Positions 9,317 through 17,895 of a stretch of DNA of 64,000 bases are shown here, one piece after another. The DNA is from Candidatus Latescibacterota bacterium. GTDB taxonomy: Bacteria; Latescibacterota; UBA2968; GCA-2709665. The DNA is taken from NCBI GenBank assembly GCA_965226795.1, contig CBDDDZ010000005.1:3040001-3104000 (forward strand), given 5' to 3'. The translations under genes and the position numbers were made by a program. How positions within the stretch are numbered: position 1 is the stretch's first letter; each line of letters begins with the position of its first letter. The notes under the pieces were generated by a model. The model had not been told where the DNA came from and did not search any database. It saw nothing but the letters and a program-made list of their open reading frames with translations.

Positions 9317-9680
9317 TCACTTTAACAGAACCTCCGTCAGCCGCTTTGGTTCCTTTTTGCGCGGGTCGACATCGAATCCGCCGGATTCCAGTGCCGTGAC
9401 GCCGAGCGAAGGCTCCGCGCCTTCATCCCCAAACACGGTGGTACCGCCGACAACTTCCCCCTCGAACTCAATTTCGGCGCGGGTAATGTCCAACGCGATG
9501 GATTCACCGTCCGCAAGCATGTACTCACGGCTCCACCGCGGCTTGAGTCCGATCGACTCGAGTTGCACCCGCGGCACGAGCGAATCGAACGATCCGGAAT
9601 CGACGAGGAATTCGCCGGTCCAACTGCGTTCCGGATCCGCAGGGGTTGCGTATGGTTACGTCAACGTACGTCGCACCCAT
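9317..9680 (-). pseudogene. Clan AA (retropepsin-like) aspartic protease with an apparent +1 frameshift at 9642-9645
   Basis: MGATYVDVTIRNP in one frame continues in another as ADPERSWTGEFLVDSGSFDSLVP...LADG...EPSLGVTALES.G..VDP. Confidence 0.8.
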
Positions 9681-9893
9681 TGGCAGTTCTTCTTGTGAAT
9701 TGGTTACACCATTATTTCCTACAAATCATAGTCAATTAACGGGCCCATTGCAAGACGTTGACGAACGAGCGGCCGACTTTCCCGGCCCTCATCCAGGCGC
9801 CAGTGCGAGTTTGGGCCGACTGCCCGTGTCGTTTGAAGCGACATCCACACAGAGCGAGTTGGACCTGTCTTTGACCAGGCCCGCGCTTCAAGG

Positions 9894-9910
9894 TGTCGCA
9901 AAATGCAACA
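9894..9910. promoter_or_regulatory. Candidate WYL-regulator operator TGTCGCA-AAA-TGCAACA
   Basis: Imperfect inverted repeat sharing its half-site with 11195-11215; lies upstream of the cas operon. Confidence 0.45.
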
Positions 9911-9929
9911 TCGGCGCGAGAAGAGCAAC

Positions 9930-10090
9930 GTGCAGCGTAAAGCAGGCAGTAAAAGCCAATCGGTTGACGTCTGCGCCGTGACGTGGAAGGATCAGAACGA
10001 ACGCGTCGAGGGCAGGATGCCCTCGCTCCCAGGTATCGCAGATCAGCATGCAGCGCACGGCAGACAGCCAGCAGCCATTCAGGCGACCTT
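9930..10090 (+). repeat. Degenerate dispersed copy of the ~125-bp REP-containing element
   Basis: GACGTC..CGCCGTGACGTGGAAG...GAGGGCAGGATGCCCTCGCTCCCAGGT matches the units at 12342-12821. Confidence 0.7.
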
Positions 10091-10130
10091 GGTGGCGGGA
10101 AATGACGGGTAACATGCCCTCGCTCCCATC

Positions 10131-10148
10131 CGTCGAAAAATGCGACAA
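10131..10148. promoter_or_regulatory. Candidate WYL-regulator operator CGTCGAA-AAA-TGCGACAA
   Basis: Same layout as the site at 9894-9910. Confidence 0.4.
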
Positions 10149-10180
10149 CGGTACAAGAACAGCCGCGGGCATCGTCCATT

Positions 10181-11158
10181 TCACGTCCCGGTGCAACTCC
10201 TCCCATACATCTCGCCTGCCGCGATCATGTCCGCCGCGATCTCACGCCTCAGTTCCTCTGGCGCCAGCACCTCGCACTCCGGTCCCCAGCCTCGAATCCA
10301 CGGTTTCATCTCCAGCGTGTGCTTCACCCTGAGCCGCATACGGCAGCCGCCGTCCGGCTCGTCCGTCACGTCAACCACGCCCGGCCAGTCCGATTCCCTC
10401 ACGCGGTACGCCACACGGGCTGAAAACCGCAGTGCCACGTCCACAACCTCGTCCCCACCCATAATGCCCCACGAGTGCTGCAGGAAATCGTACGGATCAA
10501 ATCCTTCTCTCGTATCGTACACCGTTTCCAACAGCGTCGCCCGCTCGATGCGCTCCACCTTGAACTCTCGAATATCCCGCCGCAAGTGGTCGTATCCGAT
10601 AACATAGCATGCATATCCGACGGGTGACGGCTCGATGAAGTAGGGGTCAATGGTGCGCTCGGTGGTTTCGCCGGTCTGCGGATTGTGATAGATCAGACGC
10701 ACCTGCCTGCGTTCGGACCAGGCGCGAGTGAGCGTTTCCAGTATGCGGATATGATCGGGATCGGGCCTGCGTTTGTCGGCAACCGCCGCGGTTCGACCGA
10801 TGTGTTCGCCAATGGACTCCGGCATTGCGCTGGCGAGTTTCTCGAGGGCAGACACAACGTGCGGATTGTGTTCGTCGCTGTGCGCCGAAAGCAGGCGGGC
10901 AGCCAGGTAGAGCGCGAGCGCCTCGTGCAGATTCACCCGGACGGTGGTCAGATACTTGTCCTTCAGCACGCCGAACCGCCCGTCATCCTCCCAGACCGGC
11001 GATCCCGCCTTGGACAGCGACCGCAGGTCCCGGTACACGGTACTCCGATGCACGCCGAATCGCGCGGCGATGTCGGTCGCTCTCCTTCCACCCGAGGATC
11101 GATAGAGAAAGGTTTCAATCGCCTTGAGCCGCGCAGCGCGGCTCATCGTTCGTTCCAT
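10181..11158 (-). CDS. HTH-WYL-WCX transcriptional regulator (PafB/YafY-like)
   Basis: N-terminal HTH (IAARFGVHRSTVYRDL), WYL core (ERTIDPY...CYVIGYDHLRRDIREFKVERI), C-terminal WIRGWGPECEVLAPEELR. GGAGG RBS. Confidence 0.92.
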   Translation of the reverse strand: MERTMSRAARLKAIETFLYRSSGGRRATDIAARFGVHRSTVYRDLRSLSKAGSPVWEDDGRFGVLKDKYLTTVRVNLHEALALYLAARLLSAHSDEHNPHVVSALEKLASAMPESIGEHIGRTAAVADKRRPDPDHIRILETLTRAWSERRQVRLIYHNPQTGETTERTIDPYFIEPSPVGYACYVIGYDHLRRDIREFKVERIERATLLETVYDTREGFDPYDFLQHSWGIMGGDEVVDVALRFSARVAYRVRESDWPGVVDVTDEPDGGCRMRLRVKHTLEMKPWIRGWGPECEVLAPEELRREIAADMIAAGEMYGRSCTGT

Positions 11159-11194
11159 CACGAATCCTCCGCGTGGCGAGAATATACATTCAGA

Positions 11195-11215
11195 TTGTCG
11201 CAACTAGTGCGACAA
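11195..11215. promoter_or_regulatory. Perfect inverted repeat TTGTCGCA-ACTAG-TGCGACAA, candidate autoregulatory operator of the WYL gene
   Basis: 8-bp arms, about 35-55 bp upstream of the WYL start. Confidence 0.6.
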
Positions 11216-11229
11216 CATTGACAAAAAAA

Positions 11230-11435
11230 GCTATCAGCCGTCAGCGTACAGTTGTCAGCCAGAAGCAAAAACCAAGACGCCAATGCATTGATGTCAGCAC
11301 CGTGACGTGGCAGGATCAGAGACGGCGCGTCGAGGGGCAGGACCTGCCTGCCGAGCAGAACTCGGCGCAGGCAGGTGCCCTCGATCCCAGAAGTCACGAG
11401 CAGCGTACAGCCAGAAGCAAGAAGCCAATCAGACC
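11230..11435 (+). repeat. Degenerate dispersed copy of the ~125-bp element with a nested CCTGCCTGC...GCAGGCAGG palindrome
   Basis: CCGTGACGTGGCAGGATCAG...GAGGGGCAGG[ACCTGCCTGCCGAGCAGAACTCGGCGCAGGCAGG]TGCCCTCGATCCCAG. Confidence 0.65.
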
Positions 11436-11526
11436 GCCCAACCAAGCCCCAGCCACCGGCAAGAGGCAAGAGGGGATAAGTAAGAGGGCTACCGGACACA
11501 GCAAACCTGGCGCTAGCGTTGTAAAT

Positions 11527-11550
11527 GTAGGGGCGACCGGCCGGTCGCCC
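11527..11550 (+). repeat. GTAG-type REP palindrome (GTAGGGGCGACCGGCCGGTCGCCC)
   Basis: GTAG tetranucleotide followed by a GC-rich hairpin. Confidence 0.75.
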
Positions 11551-11616
11551 TTGATCCAATCAAGAGCAGTCGGGGTACGGTAGACGGCCTTGGCAGCGAA
11601 AAATTTCGGTTGTAAA

Positions 11617-11638
11617 ATTGTACGTTATAACGTACAAT
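11617..11638. promoter_or_regulatory. Perfect 22-bp palindrome ATTGTACGTTATAACGTACAAT, likely antitoxin operator
   Basis: Ends 9 bp before the toxin ATG; type II TA operons are typically autorepressed at such sites. Confidence 0.7.
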
Positions 11639-11647
11639 GCAGCTCTG

Positions 11648-11944
11648 ATGGTATTCACCGTTGAAATCTACGTCGCTCAAAACGGCAGACAGCCGTTCGC
11701 TGAATGGTTCGGCGCTCTCCGCGATATCCGGACACAGGCTCGCATAGAAGCCCGTCTCCGCCGATTGAGCCTGGGTCTTTTGGGCGACCACCGGCCCGTC
11801 GGTGGCGGTGTCATAGAGATTCGCCTGGACTTCGGACCGGGTTTTCGAATCTATTTCACGCGTGTCGCTGCAGACGTCTTACTCCTGCTCTGTGGCGGAG
11901 ACAAGAGCACGCAGCAGAGAGATATCCAGCGGGCAATATCGTAA
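11648..11944 (+). CDS. RelE/HigB-like addiction-module toxin (possibly a premature stop)
   Basis: G..PF.EWF..LRD...ARI..RL.RL..G..GD...VGGGV.E.R.DFGPG.RIYF...LLLCGGDKSTQQRDI. Confidence 0.9.
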   Translation: MVFTVEIYVAQNGRQPFAEWFGALRDIRTQARIEARLRRLSLGLLGDHRPVGGGVIEIRLDFGPGFRIYFTRVAADVLLLLCGGDKSTQQRDIQRAIS

Positions 11945-11970
11945 CTGACTGACTACAAGGAGCGCTCCCG

Positions 11971-12282
11971 ATGGAACCTTCCGTCCCGTTTAAAAAACAC
12001 CATTTTGAATTCCTCAGTGATCCGGAACGCGCTCGCGCCTACCTCGAGGTGGCGCTCGAGGAATACGCCAGGGATCACGACAGGTCGGCCCTTCTGCTTG
12101 CGCTCAAGGACGTAGCGGCGGCAAAGGGCGGGCTGGGAAAATTGGCACGGCAGGCGAACCTGAACCGAGCCCATGTATACAAGACGCTTTCCGAAAAGGG
12201 CAATCCTCGTCTGGACACGATGGAGAGAATACTGAACAGCCTCGGGTTCAGGCTATCGATCGAACCGCTGGCAAAGGAGTAA
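11971..12282 (+). CDS. Addiction-module antidote protein (HTH antitoxin)
   Basis: AYLEVALEE...LLLALKDVA.AKGG...LNR.HVYKTLSEKGNPRLDT...LGFRL; directly downstream of the toxin. Confidence 0.9.
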   Translation: MEPSVPFKKHHFEFLSDPERARAYLEVALEEYARDHDRSALLLALKDVAAAKGGLGKLARQANLNRAHVYKTLSEKGNPRLDTMERILNSLGFRLSIEPLAKE

Positions 12283-12341
12283 TGAGGAGCGTACAGCTAT
12301 CAGTGGTCAGCGGTCAGTTTAAAACAAGAAAAACAACCGTT

Positions 12342-12821
12342 CGACGTCTCCGGCGTGGCGTGGAAGTGTCGGAAACCGCACGGTGCGGGCGGGACGCCCG
12401 CGCTCCCAGGTGAGCACGTTCAGCAATCGGTTCACAGCAGTCAGCCAGAAGCCAACCAGGCGACGTCACCGCCGTGGCGTGGAAGTGTCGGAAACCGCGC
12501 GGTGCGGGCGGGACGCCCGCGCTCCCAAGTGAGCAAAACAGCGTACAGCAATCAGTTCACATCGGTCAGCCAGAAGCCAACCAGGCGACGTCACCGCCGT
12601 GACGTGGAAGTGTCGGAAACCGCACGGTGCGGGCGGGACGCCCGCGCTCCCAGGTGAGCAAAACAGCGTTCAGCAATCGGTTCACAGCAGTCAGCCAGAA
12701 GCCAACCAGGCGACGTCACCGCCGTGACGTGGAAGTGTCGGAAACCGCGCGGTGCGGGCGGGACGCCCGCGCTCCCAGGTGAGCAAAACAGCGTTCAGCA
12801 ATCAGTTCACAGCGGTCAGCC
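12342..12821 (+). repeat. Tandem array of four 119-125-bp units, each with REP hairpin GCGGGCGGGACGCCCGC-GCTCCCA
   Basis: Units start at 12342, 12461, 12586 and 12711, are near-identical over their length, and have no unique spacers. Confidence 0.92.
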
Positions 12822-12978
12822 AATTTCTTGGGCGTACAAGAAAAAGGACGAAGAAAAAAGAAAATGAGAAAAAGAAGAATAGAGAAACGGAACGGTGATC
12901 CACAGACAAAAAAACCCAACCGGACACCGGTCACTTGCCGTTTCACCTTTGTTCTGACGCCGGACGGCGCAATGCGCG

Positions 12979-13296
12979 TCAGTCGATCAATACCGCCGTG
13001 CCGCTGACCGAGACCATCAGCATGCTGCCCTTTCCGACGACTTCGTAGTCCAGGTCGATGCCCACGACGGCGTTGGCGCCCGCCAGACGTGCAGCTTCCT
13101 CCATTTCCCCAAACGCGATCTCGCGGGCTCGTTTCAGTTCCTTTTCATAAGCGGCCGAACGCCCGCCCACGATGTCCCGGATTCCTGCGAAAAAGTCCTT
13201 GAAAATGTTCGCGCCGAGAATCGCCTCCCCGGTGACGATGCCCCTGTAGTCACGGATGGTTTTGCCTTCAATACCGGGTGTGGTGGTCATTATCAT
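12979..13296 (-). CDS. YbjQ / UPF0145 heavy-metal-binding family protein
   Basis: [44 protein letters not shown]...[13 protein letters not shown]...SGTAV. Confidence 0.93.
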   Translation of the reverse strand: MIMTTTPGIEGKTIRDYRGIVTGEAILGANIFKDFFAGIRDIVGGRSAAYEKELKRAREIAFGEMEEAARLAGANAVVGIDLDYEVVGKGSMLMVSVSGTAVLID

Positions 13297-13370
13297 GGGT
13301 GTGCCTCCTCAGATGGGTTGGACGTTTGAGGCTTCCGCCGGTGCACGGCGCCGGTCTGCCCTTGTGCAGC

Positions 13371-14234
13371 CTATTTGTAGCTGTCGTAGACGATCGCGAG
13401 CCAGCGGTCGGTGCTCATCCAGCCCTGGCCCCAGGATTGCCACTTCTCCGGCACCCCTGCGGCCTGGACTTCCTCAAGCGTCTTGCCGCCCCCGATGGCC
13501 TCCTTGACGAGGTTCACGCACGTTTCCAGCATCTCCAGCGCCGCACGCAGGTCGGCCGGCTCGGCGAGCGGTCCGTGACCGGGGATTATACGCGCATCCG
13601 GAGGGATTTGTTTCAGGAGGGACCGGACGGCCTCGATATAGCCCTGAACGTCTCCACCGCCGCGGAGGTCGACGTACGGAAATCTGCCGTTGAAAAAGAG
13701 GTCCCCGGTGTGGACGACGTTGGAGTCGGTAAAAAACACGGCACCGTCGCCGTCGGTGTGGGCATTCGGAAAGTGTACGACGCGCAATTCCTCGCCGTTG
13801 AAGTGAATCGACAGCCCTTCGTCGAAGGTGATTTCCGGGAGGGCGGCTGAAGGCAGGGGTTTGTCGTCGACACGCCTGGCCACAAGGCGGTTTCGGACGT
13901 TCCGGTGCGCGACAATGACGCCTTTCCCGCCGAAATGTGCATTTCCGCCCGTGTGATCGCCGTGAAAGTGTGTGTTGAGAATAAAGGTCGGATCGCCGCC
14001 GCCCAGTTCGCCGATGGCGGCCCGGATCTTCCCGGCCAGCGGCGCGAACTGATCGTCGACAATCAGGACGCCATCCGCACCCACGGACACGCCGATGTTG
14101 CCGCCGCTCCCCTCAAGCATGTAGACGCGATCCGTGAGTCTGGTGGCTTTAATCTCAACCGCGGAATAGTCCCTCTGTGCGAATGCCGTGCCGGAAAATG
14201 CCAGCAACACGGCCAACGATATCCATCCGGACAT
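13371..14234 (-). CDS. Secreted MBL-fold metallohydrolase (cyclase-like)
   Basis: Signal peptide, THFHGDHTGGN, AHTDGD, HTGDLFF, IIPGHG. GGAGG RBS. Confidence 0.9.
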   Translation of the reverse strand: MSGWISLAVLLAFSGTAFAQRDYSAVEIKATRLTDRVYMLEGSGGNIGVSVGADGVLIVDDQFAPLAGKIRAAIGELGGGDPTFILNTHFHGDHTGGNAHFGGKGVIVAHRNVRNRLVARRVDDKPLPSAALPEITFDEGLSIHFNGEELRVVHFPNAHTDGDGAVFFTDSNVVHTGDLFFNGRFPYVDLRGGGDVQGYIEAVRSLLKQIPPDARIIPGHGPLAEPADLRAALEMLETCVNLVKEAIGGGKTLEEVQAAGVPEKWQSWGQGWMSTDRWLAIVYDSYK

Positions 14235-14299
14235 AGCAAAATCCCTCCAAGTGCGGTAAGAGGCTAGACGGGAGACGGGAGAAAAAGCGATAAGCGGAT

Positions 14300-14385
14300 C
14301 GCTATCAGCGGTAAGCGTACAGCCAGAAGTAAAAAGAAAAACATAAAACCAATCAGGCGACGTCCGCGCCGTGACGTGGCAGGGG
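14300..14385 (+). repeat. Partial copy of the ~125-bp dispersed element
   Basis: GCTATCAGCGG..AGCGTACAGCCAGAAG...CAGGCGACGTCCGCGCCGTGACGTGGCAGG. Confidence 0.6.
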
Positions 14386-14474
14386 CAGCCAGGGCGCGCA
14401 GCAAAGGCGGGGATGTGGTGCCCTCTTACTTCTAACGTCTTGCTTCTCACCGACGTCCGGCCTCTCGCCGAATG

Positions 14475-14505
14475 AAAAAGGCCCCGGAGCCAAACTCCCG
14501 GGCCT
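14475..14505 (-). terminator. Probable intrinsic terminator after the ABC ATPase gene
   Basis: AGGCCCGGGAG-TTTGG-CTCCGGGGCCT hairpin followed by a short T-run on the minus strand. Confidence 0.55.
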
Positions 14506-14576
14506 ATTGAAACCATCTTCGCCAGCGACTCCACACAGGATCCGGATCGCCCGCCCATGGTCTCTCGCGGCTTCGA

Positions 14577-15305
14577 CTATGCCGTTCGTCCGTCGATGGT
14601 CCCCACCTCGATCTTCAAATCATCCCGGTTCACAACGCGGTCAATACGCCCGTCGCGCACCCACACCACCCTATCGGAAACGTTCAGCATCTTATGGTCG
14701 TGGGTTGCCGACACCACGGTTACACCGGACTCCTTGTTCATCTGCCGCAGCAGTTCGATAATTTCCGTACCGGTGCGCAGATCCAGGTTTCCGGTGGGTT
14801 CGTCGGCCAGAATCAGCGCCGGATCGTTTGCGAACGCCCGGGCTACCGCCACGCGCTGCTGCTGTCCGCCCGATAGTTCGAACGGCTTATGCGACACACG
14901 GTCGCCCAATCCAACCTTTCCCAATAGCACCACCCCTTTGTCGCGCGCCTCGTCGCTGGTCAGCCCCGCGAAAACCATGGGCAGCGTCACGTTCTCCAAT
15001 GCCGTCATCACCGGAATCAGATTGAACGTCTGGAAAATATACCCGATTTTCCGGCAACGCAACCATGCCAGTTCATAAGCGTCGAGTTGCGCAACGTCCA
15101 CGTCGTCGATGTACACCTTGCCTTCGCTGGGTTTATCGAGCCCGCCGACCATATTGAACAAGGTGGTTTTTCCCGATCCCGAAGGTCCCATAATTGAGAT
15201 GTACTCGCCCTGTTCAATCTCGATATCCACCCCTTTGAGCGCTTCTACCCGCATGTCGCCCATCTCGTAGACCTTTTTCACACCCTGCGTTCGTACGACG
15301 GCCAT
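14577..15305 (-). CDS. ABC transporter ATP-binding protein (LolD/MacB-like)
   Basis: GPSGSGKTT, LSGGQQQRVAVARA, ILADEPTGNLD, ATHD. Confidence 0.95.
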   Translation of the reverse strand: MAVVRTQGVKKVYEMGDMRVEALKGVDIEIEQGEYISIMGPSGSGKTTLFNMVGGLDKPSEGKVYIDDVDVAQLDAYELAWLRCRKIGYIFQTFNLIPVMTALENVTLPMVFAGLTSDEARDKGVVLLGKVGLGDRVSHKPFELSGGQQQRVAVARAFANDPALILADEPTGNLDLRTGTEIIELLRQMNKESGVTVVSATHDHKMLNVSDRVVWVRDGRIDRVVNRDDLKIEVGTIDGRTA

Positions 15306-15372
15306 CGTCGCCCTCCAGGCAAGTTGATATGCTACAAAGTGGCGTTCACCCCGGGATTGTCTGATCTCAAGT

Positions 15373-16062
15373 CTAGACTTCCAACCGCATTGCGTCGACC
15401 GGCTCCATTTTCGCCGCTCTATAGGCGGGCAAGATACCGCCCATCAGTGAGAGGAAGGAACCCAGCGCAATCGCCCACACCACACGCTCCAGAACGTCGG
15501 GCCACGGTACGTAATCCATGACGGTGTTGCCATAACCGATCCAGGACATCAGAATGGATAGCAGAAGGCCCACAGCCACGCCCATAACCGTGCCGGCCAT
15601 ACCCATAAACGAGGACTCCAGAATAAACAGTTTGATGATAAACCCATCCAGCGCTCCCATGCACTTCATGGTGCCGATCTCGCGGAAGCGCTCGGTGACG
15701 GACATCAGCATCGCGTTTGTGATCCCCACCAGGCACACCAGCAGGGACAGCACAACCAGCCAGGTGTTCTTGGCCTCCTCCTGTCGGTTGGCTTCGCTCT
15801 CCTGACTGATGTCGATTCCTTTTTGCTGGAGAATCAGGTTTATTTTGGGATCGTTGGCGGCCCGCAGGCTGTTGACAATGGAACTGGTTGTCCAGATGGA
15901 CATGAGGAAGGCGATGGCCAGAACAATGCTGCTCACCGTAATCAACGACCGCCCGAACCGGATCTTCACGCTGTTGAAACTGATCTCGACGGCCTTTCTG
16001 ATTGGCAGTTTGACCTGCGTGCCGATTTCCCGGCGGGCAGGCGAAGAATAACTTTGCGCCAT
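15373..16062 (-). CDS. FtsX-like ABC permease
   Basis: GITNAMLMSVTERFREIGTMKCMGA and PAYRAAKMEPVDAMR; several TM segments. Confidence 0.9.
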   Translation of the reverse strand: MAQSYSSPARREIGTQVKLPIRKAVEISFNSVKIRFGRSLITVSSIVLAIAFLMSIWTTSSIVNSLRAANDPKINLILQQKGIDISQESEANRQEEAKNTWLVVLSLLVCLVGITNAMLMSVTERFREIGTMKCMGALDGFIIKLFILESSFMGMAGTVMGVAVGLLLSILMSWIGYGNTVMDYVPWPDVLERVVWAIALGSFLSLMGGILPAYRAAKMEPVDAMRLEV

Positions 16063-16134
16063 AAACTCCTCCCACAACGAACTGAACAACCATCGCGGCG
16101 CGGATCCCGGTTGCCGCCGATGCGGCGCCCGGCT

Positions 16135-17811
16135 TTACCTGACTTCCGCGTCGCGCATCACGGGGACGTGGGTGCGCCCCTGGCGTCTCGAATAGTACGC
16201 CCGATCCGCCAACAGCTTTCTTGCCCGATCGAACAATGCCAGAGTCTGAACGACTTCCGGATCCTGCCTCACGGCGACCCGGCCCGCCTCCCCGTCTCCC
16301 CAACGGAATTTCGCAAAATATCGTTTCATCTGCCGCTCAATCAGATCGATGCCCGATTCGAAATCTCCGTCTGTAAACGTCAGATCGGAATCCCACGCCA
16401 TGAGGAAAGCCTTGAATTCCGATATCTCACGCGTGCCCGGCGTATATTTTTGAAGATAGACCGAAAAATCCGAAAATGCGCGGGTGAACTCCGACCCGCG
16501 ACGGCTGGCGAATTCAAAAAAGTGCCGCGGGGTCAACCGCCGTTCAAAATCGCCTGGGCGCTCCGATTCCAACTCCACGTCGGGTGTGATCCCGCCGCTG
16601 CCGTACACCTTCCGGTGCAATATCTGCGTAAAATAGACCGGCTGTGAGCGCACGCTGTCCGGATCGGCATTGGGATCGTAGCCGTCGTGCGCCTCTTGCA
16701 GGTAGGCCCGCCTGTCGCTGGAATACGGACGCTGGATCGGCCGCTCGCTGGGCGTGAAATAGCGCGCCACCGTGAGCAGAACGGCACCGCCGTTTTTGAG
16801 GGAATACTGCTTTTGAACCAGCCCTTTGCCAAACGTGGTCCGCCCTACGATAAGCCCGCGATCGTAGTCCTGAACAGCGCCCGCCACAATCTCTGAAGCG
16901 CTGGCGCTGTAGTTGTCGACGAGCACCATCAGCGGCATATCGAGGGGCACAACAGGGTCGCGATCCGCGAAATGATTTTCACGGGAATCCCTTCCGCGAC
17001 CCTCGGTATACACCAGGAGGCGGTCTTTTTCGAGGAACTGATCCGCCACGGCCACAGCCTGCTCCAGGTACCCGCCGCTGTTGCCGCGCAAATCAAGAAT
17101 CAGCTTTTTGGCTCCCTGATCGATCAGGGCGTCGAGCGCGACCCGCAACTCTCTGGACGTTCGACTCGCGAACCGGTCGACCTTCACATAACCCACGTCC
17201 GAATTCAGTTTGAACACATACGGCACGCTGGGCACTTCGATTTTGTCTCGGGTAATCTCGAACTTGAGGGGGTCCGTCACCCCGGGCCGGTGAACCAGGA
17301 CGTTCACCGTGCTGCCCTTCGGACCCTTAAGCCGCTTTTTCACGTCATCGGTCTTCCGCACGCCAACCACCGACACCCCATCGATTTTTACAATCCGGTC
17401 GCCGGCCTGAAGGCCGGCCTTATAGGCCGGGGATCCGACAATTGGAGAAAGGACCGTCAGTTGGCCCGCGATTATATCGAAATAAATTCCGATACCCTCA
17501 AACGAGCCCTGCATCCGTTCCTGGGTGTCCTGGAGTTCTTCCGGCGTAATATACGTTGAATGGGGGTCCAGCCGCGAAAGATAGCCTTCAATTGCGCCGT
17601 GATAAAGCTCAACCGGATCGGTCGTTTCATAATACTGGCGCCGTACCAGGTCGGCCAGCTGATCCAGGGTATGCGCCTGCATCGCCGTATTCACACGCGG
17701 CGCGGGGTCCGAGCCTGCCGTCCCTGGACGACCCGCCACCGTTACCACGATCAGGAGGAGAACTACCCGACGTATGACCGCCATACAAACCCTTCGGAAG
17801 TCTCGGGACAT
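16135..17811 (-). CDS. S41 C-terminal processing peptidase (PDZ + S41)
   Basis: LDPHSTY, FEGIGI, ILDLRGNSGG, SASASEIVAGAVQD, TFGKGLVQ. Start uncertain. Confidence 0.93.
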   Translation of the reverse strand: MSRDFRRVCMAVIRRVVLLLIVVTVAGRPGTAGSDPAPRVNTAMQAHTLDQLADLVRRQYYETTDPVELYHGAIEGYLSRLDPHSTYITPEELQDTQERMQGSFEGIGIYFDIIAGQLTVLSPIVGSPAYKAGLQAGDRIVKIDGVSVVGVRKTDDVKKRLKGPKGSTVNVLVHRPGVTDPLKFEITRDKIEVPSVPYVFKLNSDVGYVKVDRFASRTSRELRVALDALIDQGAKKLILDLRGNSGGYLEQAVAVADQFLEKDRLLVYTEGRGRDSRENHFADRDPVVPLDMPLMVLVDNYSASASEIVAGAVQDYDRGLIVGRTTFGKGLVQKQYSLKNGGAVLLTVARYFTPSERPIQRPYSSDRRAYLQEAHDGYDPNADPDSVRSQPVYFTQILHRKVYGSGGITPDVELESERPGDFERRLTPRHFFEFASRRGSEFTRAFSDFSVYLQKYTPGTREISEFKAFLMAWDSDLTFTDGDFESGIDLIERQMKRYFAKFRWGDGEAGRVAVRQDPEVVQTLALFDRARKLLADRAYYSRRQGRTHVPVMRDAEVR

Positions 17812-17895
17812 CGTTTCAGATCGCCCAAAAATGCGACTCAACATAAAGACGGCGACCGGAGATGTCAAGGAGAAACCGCATCCGCCGCGGCTCGA

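Noticed and set aside
9700..9892. Possible mini-array or regulatory crRNA upstream of the cas operon (CATTGCAAG, GTTTGAAGC, an 8-bp inverted repeat)
   Set aside because: The fragments do not resemble each other or the 37-mer at 1640-1676 beyond a few bases, which is compatible with chance.
12342..12821. Tandem array as the CRISPR array of the nearby cas operon
   Set aside because: Units are ~125 bp and near-identical throughout, with no unique spacers and no GAAAC-type end.
12355..12946. ORFs 12355-12657 and 12716-12946
   Set aside because: They are translations of the repeat array (GRDARAP / LGARASRPH), with no independent coding signal.
14235..14558. N-terminal extension of the MBL hydrolase ORF
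   Set aside because: It spans repeat and terminator sequence; the RBS and signal peptide point to 14234.
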